Shown here: one piece after another, positions 10,752-20,182 of the stretch
Layout: each line of letters begins with the position of its first letter
Numbering within the stretch: position 1 is the first letter of the stretch
Source: an uncultured Collinsella sp.
Lineage (GTDB): Bacteria > Actinomycetota > Coriobacteriia > Coriobacteriales > Coriobacteriaceae
Direction: 5' to 3'
Length of the DNA stretch: 62,524 nt
Assembly: GCA_902479195.1 (NCBI GenBank)
Contig: CABSNT010000001.1
Span: forward strand, 1-62,524
Position numbers and translations under genes: made by a program
Notes under the pieces: model-generated
What the model was told of the DNA's origin: nothing
The model's database searches: none
The model's input: the letters and a program-made list of their open reading frames with translations, nothing else

Positions 10752-10936
10752 ACATACTCCTTTAACCGTAGAAAACAGCTGCGGAGCGGACGGGCCTTCA
10801 CCGCAGCAAGCTAATAGCCATTGTATGCCCAAACGATGGGCCAACAATACGCCCCTCCGCTTAACGGCACACGCCGCTCAGCGCAATGGGGGCAGGTTAC
10901 TTTGCACCAATGGCAAGGAGTGTCCCAAAGTGCCGG

Positions 10937-10984
10937 CACAAAAGGAACGTCCCCAAGTGCCACAAAAGGAACGTCCCCAAGTGC
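10937..10984. repeat. 24-bp tandem duplication (CACAAAAGGAACGTCCCCAAGTGC x2), same family as the 7800 repeat
   Basis: Exact copies at 10937 and 10961; reverse complement contains TTGGGGACGTTC. Confidence 0.85.
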
Positions 10985-11051
10985 CAACAACGGAAGCGCC
11001 GATGTTTTGGCATCGCCAGCGAGCGGGTCGCATTTGAGACAAGGTGTCGTG

Positions 11052-11087
11052 AAACGAAAGGGCGCTGACCTTCTGGTCGCGCCCTTG
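11052..11087 (-). terminator. Intrinsic terminator after tyrS
   Basis: AAGGGCGC-GACC..GGTC-AGCGCCCTT stem then TTTCGTTT on the minus strand. Confidence 0.6.
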
Positions 11088-11160
11088 AAGTTGAACGTCA
11101 GATTGTCCAAATGCGGCCCGCGCAGCGTCGGCCGGTCCGCCGTTCGTTAGAACGGCGGAA

Positions 11161-12372
11161 CTAAATCAACTTGAAGCCCTTGCGCTTACCCACAGAAAGG
11201 GTGTCGCCCAGCTTGAGGGCGCTGGAATCGATGTTATAGCTCTTGGGAGCCACGGCCTTGCCGTTGATTTTGACGCCGCCGCCGTCGATATCACGACGAG
11301 CCTGGCCGGCGCTCGCCGAAAGACCCAGGTCCTTGAGCAGGCCGGCGAGGTAGATCTGGCCCTCGTCGTTGACGGTCAGCTCGACATGCTTCTCGGGGAA
11401 GTCGGCGAGCTGGCCCTCCTTGAATACGCGGTCGAACTCGGCCTGAGCCTCGTCGCCGGCGCCGGCGCCGTGGTAGGTGTCGCACAGGTCGCGGCCCAGA
11501 GCGCGCTTGAGCTCGTAGGGGTCGGCAGAGCCATCGGCCAGGGCGGCGTCGATCTTGTCGACCTCGGCCGGGGTGAGCGAGCTGGCCAGACGGTAGTACT
11601 TGCCGATCATCTCGTCGGGGATGGACATGGTCTTGCCGAACATATCCTTGGGCGCGTCGGTCAGGCCGATGTAGTTGCCATAGGACTTGGACATCTTGCG
11701 CACGCCGTCGGTACCCTCGAGCAGCGGCATGGTGAGCGCGATCTGGGGCTCCATGCCCATCTTCTCCATGAGCTCACGGCCAGCGAGCAGGTTGAAGAGC
11801 TGATCGGTGCCGCCCATCTCGACGTCGGCCTTGATCTGCACGGAGTCGAAAGCCTGCATCACGGGATACAGGAACTCATGCAGGGCGATCGGCGTCTGAG
11901 ACTGGTAGCGCTTGGTAAAGTCATCGCGCTCAAGAATGCGGGCGACGGTGAACTTGGAGCACACCTGCAGCAGACCGGCCAGATCCATCGACAAGATCCA
12001 GTCACCGTTGTGCACGATGGTGGTCTTCTCGGGATCCAGGATCTTCATGGCCTGGCTCACGTAGGTCTCGGCGTTGGCCTCGATCTGCTCCTGCGAAAGC
12101 TGCGGACGGGTGGAATTCTTGCCCGAAGGGTCGCCAATCAACGCGGTACCGTTGCCGATGATGAGGGTGACGTTGTGGCCCAGGTCCTGGAACTGACGCA
12201 TCTTGCGCAGGGGCACGGCGTGGCCCAGGTGCAGGTCGGGGCTGGTGGGATCGACGCCGAGCTTGATGTTGAGGGGCTCGCCCTTCTCAAGCTTCTTGCG
12301 AAGGTCGGCCTCGGGAACGATCTGCGCGGCGCCCGAGGTGATGATACGCATTTGCTCGTCAACAGACAGCAT
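11161..12372 (-). CDS. tyrS: Tyrosine--tRNA ligase
   Basis: HLGH and KMSKS motifs, GGTDQ, C-terminal S4-like domain. Confidence 0.97.
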   Translation of the reverse strand: MLSVDEQMRIITSGAAQIVPEADLRKKLEKGEPLNIKLGVDPTSPDLHLGHAVPLRKMRQFQDLGHNVTLIIGNGTALIGDPSGKNSTRPQLSQEQIEANAETYVSQAMKILDPEKTTIVHNGDWILSMDLAGLLQVCSKFTVARILERDDFTKRYQSQTPIALHEFLYPVMQAFDSVQIKADVEMGGTDQLFNLLAGRELMEKMGMEPQIALTMPLLEGTDGVRKMSKSYGNYIGLTDAPKDMFGKTMSIPDEMIGKYYRLASSLTPAEVDKIDAALADGSADPYELKRALGRDLCDTYHGAGAGDEAQAEFDRVFKEGQLADFPEKHVELTVNDEGQIYLAGLLKDLGLSASAGQARRDIDGGGVKINGKAVAPKSYNIDSSALKLGDTLSVGKRKGFKLI

Positions 12373-12468
12373 TGGGTATCCTCCTTTTTCTATAGCACCC
12401 TCGCCGAAAACGGCGGTGCTGGAAGTCCATAAACTCTCTTATGATAACAAACTGACGCGACGCGGCAC

Positions 12469-14454
12469 CTACGACAGGAAAATCCTCGTCCTGCCGCATG
12501 CGTCAATGGCAACTGGCAGACGTGTACCGTCACGCTCGACCAGATAGCGTACCTGCCGACGACGCAAGCAGTCGCGGCAACGAACCTGTCCCGTCGCATC
12601 GGTGGCGCAGACGCCCTCGGCGGTCAGCAGGCAGTGCTCGCACACCATAAGCTCGGGACGGTCGGCGTCGACCGGACCCAAGACGCCGGGTTCAGCAGCC
12701 AGCTCGGCAATACGCTCCGCATCATTGCCGAGCAACTCGGCCGGCAAGTACACCCGCCCCGCACCGAATCCGCGCAGCCAGGTAAGCGTGGCCCGATTCG
12801 CGCAGAACACCGGCGCCGCCACGTCAAACGTCACGCCCAGCTCGCGAGCGATCGCCACCTGCCCCAGGTTGCGGCAGACGATGCGCCCGGCACGCTGCAT
12901 CAGTGAGCGGGTCCAGTCAGCGTCACTCGCGCGGCACACCTCGTCAAGCACCACAACGGCGTCGGACAAATCGAGTTCTCCGCGCGGGTCGGCATCCATC
13001 AGCTGCCAAGCAAAAACCATGCGAGTGGGAACCGCGCACTCCACCAACTCCGTCGATGCACCGCCATCCACCGCAACGCCCTCAAAGGGCAGCACTTCAA
13101 CGGCACGCTCAACGGGCGCAATCGCATCCGCCTCGGCCCGCATGCGCTCCAACACCGCCGCCGTCTGATCCAACACGCCGGCGCTGCGAATCAGGTACAC
13201 CTCGCAGCCCGCGTCCACCTTACGCTTGCAATGCACGACGATGCGCTTCCCCGCTGCTGCATCCACCGGGCAGGGCACCTGCGGCCAGCGCTTGGGCACA
13301 TCGGGACGCGCGTCGACACCCGGATAGAACCGAATCTCGAGCGTGTCACCCGCCGCCACGGCGGCGTCGAGCTCAACGGTCACCTCTTCGTGGCCCACAG
13401 CGACCAAACGCCCCACGCGCACGCCCTGGTTAATTGCGCGCTCAAAGCTCATCAGCTCGGCACCCGAACGCCCTCGCAGATGCGCATCGGTAAACCCACG
13501 GTTAAACGACCTCCCCAGCTCGCGCTCAAGCTCTTCCACGGCATCGGGGTCCCACGCGCCGTCGCGCAGCATATCGAGTGCCCGGCGCCACACCCGCACC
13601 ACGTTGAATACGTAATCGGGGTTCTTCATGCGCCCCTCGATCTTGAGCGACGCCACGCCGGCATCTACAAGCTCGGGCAGATGCGCAATACCCAGATAGT
13701 CGCGCGGGCACAGCAGGCGATCTCCCTCGACGGCGACAACGCTCTGCCCAGCCTCGTCCACCAGGTCGTACGCCAGACGACACGGCTGCGTGCAGTCGCC
13801 GCGCATCGCCGAGCGCCTACGCCGCAGGGCCGAGAACTCGCACGCCCCCGAATAGCCGATGCAAATCGCACCGTGGCAGAATACCTCGATGGGCACGCCC
13901 GTGGCACATAGCGCCGCAATCTCGTCGACCGTCAGCTCGCGTGCCGTCGTCACGCGCTCGACCCCCAGCCCATCGGCGGCAAGCCGCACGGCGCCTTCGC
14001 TATGAGCGCCCGCCTGCGTGGACAGGTGAATCTCGACCCCGGGAATCGCCGCGCGCAGCGCGCAGGCCAACCCGGCATCGGCGACAATCAAAGCATCGGC
14101 GCCCAGCTCCAGTGCATGAGCTCCCAACGCCACCGCGTCGGATAACTCATCGTCAAACACGAACACGTTGAGCGTCACGTACACGCGCACGCCATGGGCA
14201 TGCGCCACGGCGCAGCCGCGCGCAAACTCGTCATCCGTAAAGCCATGCGCGCTCACGCGGGCGTTAAAGCCGCCCAACCCCGCATAGATGGCATCGGCAC
14301 CCGCGGCGATGGCCGCAAGCATCTGGTCGAGTCCGCCCGCCGGCGCCAGCAGTTCGGGCAGCGCCGCACCGGCAGCATCCAATCCAGTCTCGTATTGTCC
14401 GCTCGGCCCCATCGCCCGAATCGCCATCGACAAACTCCTTACCAAGGTATGCAT
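12469..14454 (-). CDS. Peptidase U32 family protein (short paralog); start uncertain
   Basis: PELLAPAG, HLSTQ, HGAICIGYSGAC, CTQPCR and KIEGRMK motifs. Confidence 0.85.
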   Translation of the reverse strand: MHTLVRSLSMAIRAMGPSGQYETGLDAAGAALPELLAPAGGLDQMLAAIAAGADAIYAGLGGFNARVSAHGFTDDEFARGCAVAHAHGVRVYVTLNVFVFDDELSDAVALGAHALELGADALIVADAGLACALRAAIPGVEIHLSTQAGAHSEGAVRLAADGLGVERVTTARELTVDEIAALCATGVPIEVFCHGAICIGYSGACEFSALRRRRSAMRGDCTQPCRLAYDLVDEAGQSVVAVEGDRLLCPRDYLGIAHLPELVDAGVASLKIEGRMKNPDYVFNVVRVWRRALDMLRDGAWDPDAVEELERELGRSFNRGFTDAHLRGRSGAELMSFERAINQGVRVGRLVAVGHEEVTVELDAAVAAGDTLEIRFYPGVDARPDVPKRWPQVPCPVDAAAGKRIVVHCKRKVDAGCEVYLIRSAGVLDQTAAVLERMRAEADAIAPVERAVEVLPFEGVAVDGGASTELVECAVPTRMVFAWQLMDADPRGELDLSDAVVVLDEVCRASDADWTRSLMQRAGRIVCRNLGQVAIARELGVTFDVAAPVFCANRATLTWLRGFGAGRVYLPAELLGNDAERIAELAAEPGVLGPVDADRPELMVCEHCLLTAEGVCATDATGQVRCRDCLRRRQVRYLVERDGTRLPVAIDACGRTRIFLS

Positions 14455-14589
14455 TCACTCTGAAAAATGCCGTCTTCCAGCATACACGAGGCCTCGCGCG
14501 CCCCGTTTGGTTTATCGTGTAATAACTTATGTCCATCCTGCCCCGACGGCACATCCACCGTCCGGCACGACATACCTGGAGGTCAATAT

Positions 14590-16806
14590 ATGGGTCCTCG
14601 CCAACGACAGGGACGCAGCCGTTCAAAGACGCATGCTCTGCCCATAATCCTGCTCTCATTTTTGGGCTTTTTGCTTATCGCGGGCGTCGCGTTTGGCATC
14701 GGCATGGTCGGCAACGTCAACCGCTGGCTGTCCGATCTGCCCGACTACACCGACGCCAACGCGTATCTGGTGAGCGAGCCCACCGAGATCGTCGACTGCA
14801 ACGGCAACAAGATCGCGAGCTTCTACACGCAAAACCGCAAGTCCATCACCAAGGACGAGGTCTCCCCCTACGTGCTGCAGGGCACCGTTGACGTCGAGGA
14901 CGAGCGCTTCTACGAGCACGGCGGTATCGACCTGTGGGGTATCGCGCGTGCTGCGGTGGCAACCCTCGGCGGCGGGCACGAAGGCGCCTCGACTATCACC
15001 CAGCAGCTGGTGCGCAACACCATCCTGCAGGAGGAGCAGTTCGACTCGACCATCGAGCGTAAGGTGCGCGAGGCCTACATCGCCGTAAAGATGGAGGACA
15101 TGTACTCCAAAGACGAGATCCTCATGATGTACCTCAACACCATCTATTACGGTCACGGCGCCTACGGTATTGAGGCCGCCGCCGAGACCTACCTGTCCAA
15201 GAGCGCCGCAGACCTCACCCTGAGCGAGGCCGCGCTGTTGATCGGCCTTCCCAACTCGCCCTCGCAGTACGACCCCACGGTCAACCCCGACCTGGCGCTG
15301 TCCCGTCGCAACAAGGTCCTCGACAACATGCTGCGCCTGGGCCACATTACGCAGGAGGAGCACGATGCCGCACAGGCCGAGCCCATCACCCTCAACGTGA
15401 CCGAAATCTCGGGCAGCGGCGTTGACGTATACTCGCAGCCCTACTTTGTCGCCTATGTTAAGCAGCTGCTGGAGCAGGAGTTCTCGACCGACGTGCTCTT
15501 TAAGGGCGGCCTGACCGTCAAGACCACCATCGACCCCACGATGCAGCAGGTGGCAGAGAATGCCGTTCGCGAGCAGCTCGACACGCTCTCGCTCGACGGC
15601 CTGGACATGGGCATGGTCGTCGTCGACCCCAAGACCGGCTACATCAAGTGCATGGTGGGCGGCTACGACTACAACGCCGACGAGAACCACGTAAACCATG
15701 CCACGGCCAAGCGTCCCGTCGGCTCCACCTTTAAGGCCTTTACGCTGGCAACTGCCATCCAAAACGGCATGAACCCCAACGTCACCCTCAACTGCAACTC
15801 GCCGCTCAAGGCCAAGGGCACCACGACCGAGGTCCAAAACTACGCCAACCATAGCTATGGCAACATCACGCTTAAGCAGGCGACGGCATACTCCTCCAAC
15901 ACCGGCTACATCCAGGTGGCGGAAGCCGTCGGCAACAGCAAGATCATCTCGCTCGTCAAAAAGCTCGGCATCGATCCCGCCAAGGACAACATCGAGGACG
16001 TTCCCGTCATGACCCTCGGCACCGGCTCGATCTCGCCGCTCGAGATGGCCGCCGCCTACGCGACGTTTGCCAACGGCGGCTACTATCGCCAGCCGATCGC
16101 CATCACCGAGATTGACTCTCGTACCGGTTCGGTGCTGTACCAGCACACCGACAATCCCTCACAGGTACTTACCGAGGGCGAGGCCGCCGCGGTCACCGAT
16201 GTTCTGTCCGGCGTCATGAAGGGCGGCGGTACGGGTGCTGCCGGCGCCCTGAGCGTCAACCAGCCCTATGCCGGCAAGACGGGCACCACCGACAACACCA
16301 CCAACCTGTGGTTCTGCGGCTATACCCCGCAGCTGGCGTGCGCCCTGTGGACCGGCTATTCCGCGGGCGAGATTCCCATCCAAAAATACGGCACAGACCT
16401 GCTGGGCGACAGCACCAACCTGCCTGTCTTTAAGCGGTTTATGAACACCGTTCTGACCGGTACCGAGCGCGAGGAGTTTGCGACCGGAACGGCGCCCACC
16501 TACAAGAACAACAGCGTCTGGAAGTTCTACGGCACCAACAACACCAAGAAGACGGAGAACGACGACAAGGACGAGAACGAGGACGAAGAGGAAACCACCA
16601 CAACGACTACCACGACGACCACGACCACCGAGACCACGGGCGGCGACACCACCGGCGGCACCGGTACGACCGGTGGCTCGACGGGCGGCTCCACTGGTGG
16701 TTCGACCGGCGGCGATGGCGGCACGCCTACGCCTACGCCTACGCCTACGCCTACGCCTACACCCACTCCCGACCCCTCGCCCACGCCTGACGATACGGTT
16801 GGCTAG
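14590..16806 (+). CDS. Class A penicillin-binding protein (transglycosylase/transpeptidase) with T/G/P-rich tail
   Basis: EDERFYEHGG, GASTITQQL, RKVRE, STFK, SSN and KTG motifs; GGAGG RBS. Confidence 0.93.
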   Translation: MGPRQRQGRSRSKTHALPIILLSFLGFLLIAGVAFGIGMVGNVNRWLSDLPDYTDANAYLVSEPTEIVDCNGNKIASFYTQNRKSITKDEVSPYVLQGTVDVEDERFYEHGGIDLWGIARAAVATLGGGHEGASTITQQLVRNTILQEEQFDSTIERKVREAYIAVKMEDMYSKDEILMMYLNTIYYGHGAYGIEAAAETYLSKSAADLTLSEAALLIGLPNSPSQYDPTVNPDLALSRRNKVLDNMLRLGHITQEEHDAAQAEPITLNVTEISGSGVDVYSQPYFVAYVKQLLEQEFSTDVLFKGGLTVKTTIDPTMQQVAENAVREQLDTLSLDGLDMGMVVVDPKTGYIKCMVGGYDYNADENHVNHATAKRPVGSTFKAFTLATAIQNGMNPNVTLNCNSPLKAKGTTTEVQNYANHSYGNITLKQATAYSSNTGYIQVAEAVGNSKIISLVKKLGIDPAKDNIEDVPVMTLGTGSISPLEMAAAYATFANGGYYRQPIAITEIDSRTGSVLYQHTDNPSQVLTEGEAAAVTDVLSGVMKGGGTGAAGALSVNQPYAGKTGTTDNTTNLWFCGYTPQLACALWTGYSAGEIPIQKYGTDLLGDSTNLPVFKRFMNTVLTGTEREEFATGTAPTYKNNSVWKFYGTNNTKKTENDDKDENEDEEETTTTTTTTTTTTETTGGDTTGGTGTTGGSTGGSTGGSTGGDGGTPTPTPTPTPTPTPTPDPSPTPDDTVG
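16723..16758 (+). repeat. (ACGCCT)6 coding hexamer repeat (Thr-Pro)
   Basis: Six exact copies. Confidence 0.9.
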
Positions 16807-16829
16807 AAATTCATCCGGCCATTAGCAAC

Positions 16830-16870
16830 AAGGCCCCCGAGCAGCTTATTAAAGTGCTCGGGGGCCTTTT
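16830..16870 (+). terminator. Intrinsic terminator after the PBP gene
   Basis: AAGGCCCCCGAGCA...TGCTCGGGGGCCTTTT. Confidence 0.8.
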
Positions 16871-16995
16871 AGTTTAAAGCGACCTGGTGGACGGCCTTTA
16901 TACCGGCAAACAATATAGGGGGTACCGACCAACGTCGATACCCCCTTACAAGCCACCATGTCACGCACACAGTGCCGAGCGCACGACCCGCACGC

Positions 16996-17433
16996 CTACT
17001 TGCGAGAATTGCTCAGCTTATTGATCAGCGCCTCGAGACGCTCGCCGTCCTCGGCCGTCTGGGCAATAACCAAAATCGTATCGTTGCCGGCAAGCGAGCC
17101 AAGCACATCGGGCAGCTCTGCCGCATCAACGGCGGCGGCAATGCCGGAAGCCGTACCAGGCTGAGCCTTGATCATGACCAGATTATCGGTGCGCAGAACG
17201 CCCGTTACGAGCTCGGAAACCATACGCTGCAGGTGCAGGTCCTCTGCCAGAACATAGATGCCCTCAGGGAGCTTACGCAGCCCCATATCGGCAATATCGC
17301 GAGAGACAGTCGCCTGCGTGCAATCAAAGCCCATAGCGCGGAGCTCATCGACCAGCACGCGCTGCGTACGGACGTCCTTATTGCGCACAATATCTCTAAT
17401 GGCATCCTGGCGCCCATTGCGTTTTTTAGCCAT
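16996..17433 (-). CDS. argR: Arginine repressor
   Basis: TQATVSRDI and GSLAGNDT motifs. Confidence 0.93.
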   Translation of the reverse strand: MAKKRNGRQDAIRDIVRNKDVRTQRVLVDELRAMGFDCTQATVSRDIADMGLRKLPEGIYVLAEDLHLQRMVSELVTGVLRTDNLVMIKAQPGTASGIAAAVDAAELPDVLGSLAGNDTILVIAQTAEDGERLEALINKLSNSRK

Positions 17434-17507
17434 ACAAACCCTCTCTCCAAAAGATGGCGGAGACAATCAATCAGTGACTGAATAGTTTAACGCTATTTGA
17501 AGGCTTT

Positions 17508-17525
17508 TGTGTATAAGAACGCATT
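17508..17525. promoter_or_regulatory. Possible ARG box upstream of argR
   Basis: TGTAT-AAGA-ACGCA, 2 mismatches to TGCAT-N4-ATGCA. Confidence 0.35.
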
Positions 17526-17565
17526 TCGAAACAATTCTATGCAAATTTGTTTCGAAATGAGCCGT

Positions 17566-18606
17566 TTAGGCGGTTTTTGCGCCCGTCCGGTTAAGAAAAG
17601 CTGCCAGATGCGTACACATCACGCAGCGCGCGGGCTTGGCGCTGGCGATCGGCCCAAACAACAAACCGAGTCCCCGATGGTTATCCTTGAGCGCGGCGAC
17701 CATCTGACGGGTTCGAGGCGCCTCGAGCATATCACGCATGCGGGCGGAACGCTCGATTGACGACACTCCATGCGGGCTAAGACACAAATTCTCGATGCAG
17801 GCGACCAGTCCGGCAAAGTAGAACTTTTGGCTTGCCAGCTTGAGCCGACCACCGCTATCTGCTTCCGAGAGTGAGTCCGCAAGCTCGTCGAGCGCTCGAG
17901 TGTCATCGGATATCCTGGCATACATGGTGGGATCAAAGGCATCTGTAAGCTTAGGTGCCACCGCGTGGAAACAAGCGTCGCCGCAGCCGGACACGAATCG
18001 TGCCTGCGAGAGCGCATAAGCCATAAACTCAACCGTACGGTACGCCTTGCCGCGCGACAGGCATGCCTCAAACAGCGGACGGCTATACATCACGCCAGAG
18101 GTCTGAGCGACTAGGCCGCCCAAAATCAACTGGGGCAGCCCAGTCACCATAGAAGACTCGTCTTCTATGGCAATAGAGGCAGCATCCAAGACGCGCGAAT
18201 GGCGTTCTCGATGTGCATCATAGCGGTCGAGCGACACCGTGGGGAACACTATGTCTGCCGCAGTATCGCACGCGATATCGACCATCTTGGAAAGGGACTG
18301 CGGAGCAAACCACTCATCGGCGTTCATAGCGATGATTTGAGAGCCGCGCGAGACAGCAAAACCGGCACGAAGGCAAGCGCCGCGCTTCGCGTCCTCGACG
18401 TCAATCAAATCAATATGAATGTCCCTGTCGGCAGCAACTTGAAGCGAATGGCGCACACCGGGCGCAGCATCGCGGCAAACAACGACAATCTGCAAATCGT
18501 AGAGGTCTTGGTTCTGGATACTCTCGAGCGCACGCATCGCATAGCTGGGCGAACCTTCTACCACAAGGATCACCGAAAGTCGCGGATGCGAGCCACGTCG
18601 AACCAA
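17566..18606 (-). CDS. Glycosyltransferase family 2-like protein (divergent)
   Basis: PRLSVIL...ALESIQNQ...IVVV N-terminal pattern; TTG start with GAGGA RBS. Confidence 0.6.
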   Translation of the reverse strand: MVRRGSHPRLSVILVVEGSPSYAMRALESIQNQDLYDLQIVVVCRDAAPGVRHSLQVAADRDIHIDLIDVEDAKRGACLRAGFAVSRGSQIIAMNADEWFAPQSLSKMVDIACDTAADIVFPTVSLDRYDAHRERHSRVLDAASIAIEDESSMVTGLPQLILGGLVAQTSGVMYSRPLFEACLSRGKAYRTVEFMAYALSQARFVSGCGDACFHAVAPKLTDAFDPTMYARISDDTRALDELADSLSEADSGGRLKLASQKFYFAGLVACIENLCLSPHGVSSIERSARMRDMLEAPRTRQMVAALKDNHRGLGLLFGPIASAKPARCVMCTHLAAFLNRTGAKTA

Positions 18607-18767
18607 GTTATCCGTCCTCTCGACAGCAATGAATCAAACCGTGGTTCATGGTACACCCCGGCAATAAAAGCAATGAGACACCGGTTGTATTGCACGCCAA
18701 GAACAGATGTTGCACACGCGCAGCCCACAGATAATGGGTGTCGACGCACGACGCGTCGAGCCCTCCC

Positions 18768-19592
18768 CTAGTCGAGCACGACGAGCTCGGCGGGATCGTA
18801 ATCCACGCCCATAAACGTAAGGCCGCAGGCAGGAGCCGTGGGGCCCGCAGCGGTACGGTCGCAAGCATCGATGACCTCGCGCATCCACTCGGGTTCACGG
18901 CGATGCATGCCAATCGCGACAAGCGTGCCAACGATCGTACGGACCATCGAATGCAGAAACGCATTGCCCTCGATGGTAAACGTCAGGATGTCCTCGCCAA
19001 ACGCAACCTCATGGCCAAACTCGGCGCGCATTACGCAGCGGTGCGTAGGTTTGCCCACGGCAGAAGCAACCTTGCAAAAGCTTTTAAAGTCCTGCTCGCC
19101 CAGCAGCGCGGGGCAGGCAGCAGACATAGCCTCAACATCCAAGGGATAGCGATGCCACCACACCGCACCGCGGGACAGCACGGGGCGCGCATCTCGATCG
19201 GCAATACGGTACGTATACGTACGGGAACGCGCGTCAAAACGTGCAGAAAAGCCTTTACGGGCCTTGTAGACCTCGTTGATGGCGATATCTTTGGGCAGCA
19301 GGGCATCCATAGCCCGCAGCCACCTACGGCGCGTTAGGGCGAGCTCAGCGTCCGTTACGGGCACGCTGATGTACTGAGCCACGGCATGCACGCCGGCATC
19401 GGTGCGACCCGCGCACGTCAGATCGATCGGACGGCGAAGCAGCGTCTCGATGGCTCGACGCAGCTCACCCGCAACCGTCGTCTGTCCCGGCTGCTCGGCA
19501 AAGCCGCTATAGGACGAGCCATCGTATGCCACGCGGAAAACGAGCGTGGCATCGAGCTCTGGAATCGAATTGAAATCAGACGGCGCGGTCAT
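18768..19592 (-). CDS. truA: tRNA pseudouridine(38-40) synthase
   Basis: YDGS, AGRTDAGVHA and FLHSMVR motifs. Confidence 0.96.
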   Translation of the reverse strand: MTAPSDFNSIPELDATLVFRVAYDGSSYSGFAEQPGQTTVAGELRRAIETLLRRPIDLTCAGRTDAGVHAVAQYISVPVTDAELALTRRRWLRAMDALLPKDIAINEVYKARKGFSARFDARSRTYTYRIADRDARPVLSRGAVWWHRYPLDVEAMSAACPALLGEQDFKSFCKVASAVGKPTHRCVMRAEFGHEVAFGEDILTFTIEGNAFLHSMVRTIVGTLVAIGMHRREPEWMREVIDACDRTAAGPTAPACGLTFMGVDYDPAELVVLD

Positions 19593-19627
19593 GGGCGCTC
19601 CCAACAAACAGGCAATGGCATTTCGAC

Positions 19628-19658
19628 AAAAAAAGAGGGGTACGCGAACGTACCCCTC
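19628..19658 (-). terminator. Intrinsic terminator after rplQ
   Basis: GAGGGGTACG-TTCG-CGTACCCCTC plus T7 on the minus strand. Confidence 0.85.
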
Positions 19659-19684
19659 GAATATAGCCTATGCAGACGGATTGT

Positions 19685-20152
19685 CTACTCAGCGGTCTCC
19701 TCAGCAGGAGCCTCCTCGGCAGCCTCGACCTTCTTGGGAGCAGCGGCCTTCTTGGGGGCCGGAGCAGGCTTCTTGGCCTTAGGCGTGCAAGGCTCGGTGA
19801 CGAGCTCCATGATAACGATGGGAGCATTGTCGCCCTTGCGGTTACCGAGCTTCATGATGCGGGTGTAACCGCCGTTGCGGTCCTGCCACATACCCTGGGC
19901 AGCCTTGTCGAAGATCTCGGCAACGAGCTGCTTATCGCCGAGCTTGGCGATAGCCAGACGACGAGAGTGCAGGTCGCCCTTCTTGGCCCAGGTGATGATC
20001 GGATCGACGACCGAACGCAGCGCCTTAGCGCGGGTCTCGGTGGTCTTGATGCGGTCGTTCTCGAAGAGGGCCTTAGCAAGGCTCTTCTTCATGGCCTTGG
20101 TGTGGCTCGCATCGGTGCCGAGCTTCAGGCCCTTCTTAACGTTGTGACGCAT
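19685..20152 (-). CDS. rplQ: 50S ribosomal protein L17
   Basis: MRH...IKTT..RAK...RNGGYTRI...RKGDNAP. Confidence 0.97.
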   Translation of the reverse strand: MRHNVKKGLKLGTDASHTKAMKKSLAKALFENDRIKTTETRAKALRSVVDPIITWAKKGDLHSRRLAIAKLGDKQLVAEIFDKAAQGMWQDRNGGYTRIMKLGNRKGDNAPIVIMELVTEPCTPKAKKPAPAPKKAAAPKKVEAAEEAPAEETAE

Positions 20153-20182
20153 GGTCTAGTTTCTCCTCAAATATGCGAAGCA

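Noticed and set aside
10752..10930. Purine riboswitch upstream of adenine deaminase
   Set aside because: Only a simple GCTGCGG/CCGCAGC hairpin and REP-like sequence are present; no purine aptamer consensus was seen.
12373..12468. T-box leader for tyrS
   Set aside because: The intergenic region is under 100 nt and has no T-box consensus.
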